A stretch of 63,620 nucleotides of DNA, the filler included, from Octopus bimaculoides (lineage: Eukaryota): assembly GCF_001194135.2 (NCBI RefSeq). It is 7 parts of 6 records of this genome, joined end to end, with 100 filler letters (N's around TTAATTAATTAA, not from the genome) between each part and the next. Parts side by side here need not be neighbours in the genome. Positions count along the whole stretch, not along the records: positions 60,196 to 63,620 come from NW_026413589.1; 6 more parts are not named here. One strand, given 5' to 3'. Below, in pieces: positions 62,253 to 63,620 of the stretch. The notes below the pieces were generated by a model. The model did not search any database. It was given only the letters and a program-made list of their open reading frames with translations, and was not told the DNA's origin. Position 1 is the first letter of the stretch. The number at the start of each line of letters is the position of its first letter. A program made the position numbers and the translations under genes.

Positions 62253-62799
62253 NNNNNNNNNNNNNNNNNNNNNNNNNNNNNNNNNNNNNNNNNNNNNNNN
62301 NNNNNNNNNNNNNNNNNNNNNNNNNNNNNNNNNNNNNNNNNNNNNNNNNNNNNNNNNNNNNNNNNNNNNNNNNNNNNNNNNNNNNNNNNNNNNNNNNNNN
62401 NNNNNNNNNNNNNNNNNNNNNNNNNNNNNNNNNNNNNNNNNNNNNNNNNNNNNNNNNNNNNNNNNNNNNNNNNNNNNNNNNNNNNNNNNNNNNNNNNNNN
62501 NNNNNNNNNNNNNNNNNNNNNNNNNNNNNNNNNNNNNNNNNNNNNNNNNNNNNNNNNNNNNNNNNNNNNNNNNNNNNNNNNNNNNNNNNNNNNNNNNNNN
62601 NNNNNNNNNNNNNNNNNNNNNNNNNNNNNNNNNNNNNNNNNNNNNNNNNNNNNNNNNNNNNNNNNNNNNNNNNNNNNNNNNNNNNNNNNNNNNNNNNNNN
62701 NNNNNNNNNNNNNNNNNNNNNNNNNNNNNNNNNNNNNNNNNNNNNNNNNNNNNNNNNNNNNNNNNNNNNNNNNNNNNNTATATATATATATATATATGT

Positions 62800-63035
62800 A
62801 TGTGCGTATGTATGTTTGTGTGTCTGTGTTTGTCCCCCCAACATCGCTTGACAACCGATGCTGGTGTGTTTAGGTCCCCGTAACTTAGCGGTTCGGCAAA
62901 AGAGAACCGATAGAATAAGTACTAGGCTTACAAAGAATAAGTCCCGGCGGTCGATTTGCTCGACTAAAGGCGGTGCTCCAGCATGGCCACAGTCAAATGA
63001 CTGAAACAAGTAAAAGAGTAAAAGCGTAAAAGAGT
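62800..63035 (+). mobile_element. SINE family A, 3' half
   Basis: cgcttgacaaccgatgctgg..ggcggtgctccagcatggcc..gtaaaagagtaaaag. Confidence 0.9.
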
Positions 63036-63500
63036 GCTCCAGACTGGTTGGTCATGGATTAACTGTTTAGTTGGCACAAGACGTTCAAGGAAGGTAGAGA
63101 GGAGGTGAGAGACGATGAAAGTTGTGGGAGGGAGAGGGATGTGAGAGCATCAAAGATGGCTGAATATAGACGCAGTTTTCTGGATAAAGACCGTCGAGCG
63201 TCCATAAAGTCAATAAGCAGGCAGTTTAGAGTTGGTGAGGCAACTGTACACAGAATTATCCACGAAAATCTGAACGTGCGCAAAATTTTGCAATGTTTGT
63301 TACGATGGTTTGCAGTGGACGAGCATCCCTGGTAACCAATAACAGAGATGGGCATCAAAACCGGCCCTCAACCTCCTCATAGTCCGGACCCTGCTCTCTG
63401 TGACTTTTGGTTGTTCCTCGAGCAGACTGAGAAGATGAAGAGAATTAATAATGTATATCCTGAAAAAAGTCTCACAGCTTTTGGAATGCACCTTGAATCT
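63036..63500 (+). mobile_element. Deleted mariner remnant
   Basis: WHKTFKEGREEVRDDE, DKDRRASIKSISRQF..TVHRIIHENL, QPPHSPDPALCDFWLF. Confidence 0.75.
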
Positions 63501-63620
63501 GTGTTTCTGCCCTCGCCTCGTATTCCTTTTAGATTCTGCTACCTGCTCTTTTGTGCTGTTCGACACCATTATGATAGCGTCATCCGCATAAGCCGGCATA
63601 GCTTTTCTGCATCCTAACTC

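Overview
Repeat-rich, gappy eukaryotic draft-assembly window. The SINE/LINE families and dense microsatellites look like an octopus genome; this is recognition, not a database result. The only strong host-gene feature is one 3,382-nt open coding exon on + (37887-41268, about 1,127 codons). It encodes a Ser/Thr/Asp/Glu-rich, probably disordered segment with EHNY and PxVxL motifs, and I cannot name the gene. A few small candidate exons and a CpG-rich promoter-like patch are weaker calls. The rest is decayed, often nested mobile DNA: RTE, CR1-like and R4/Dong-like LINEs, four SINE families, mariner (DD34D), maT (DD37D-type), a piggyBac with TTAA duplication, a Helitron, a mariner MITE and a 287-bp foldback. 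Most worth follow-up are a hammerhead-ribozyme-like motif inside a 351-bp directly repeated unit (possible Penelope/retrozyme remnant), the giant exon, a CpG-depleted domain bracketed by two artificial spacers, and several inverted repeats that could form dsRNA. No rRNA, true tRNA or CRISPR array is supported. I do not see firm evidence for a new biological system.
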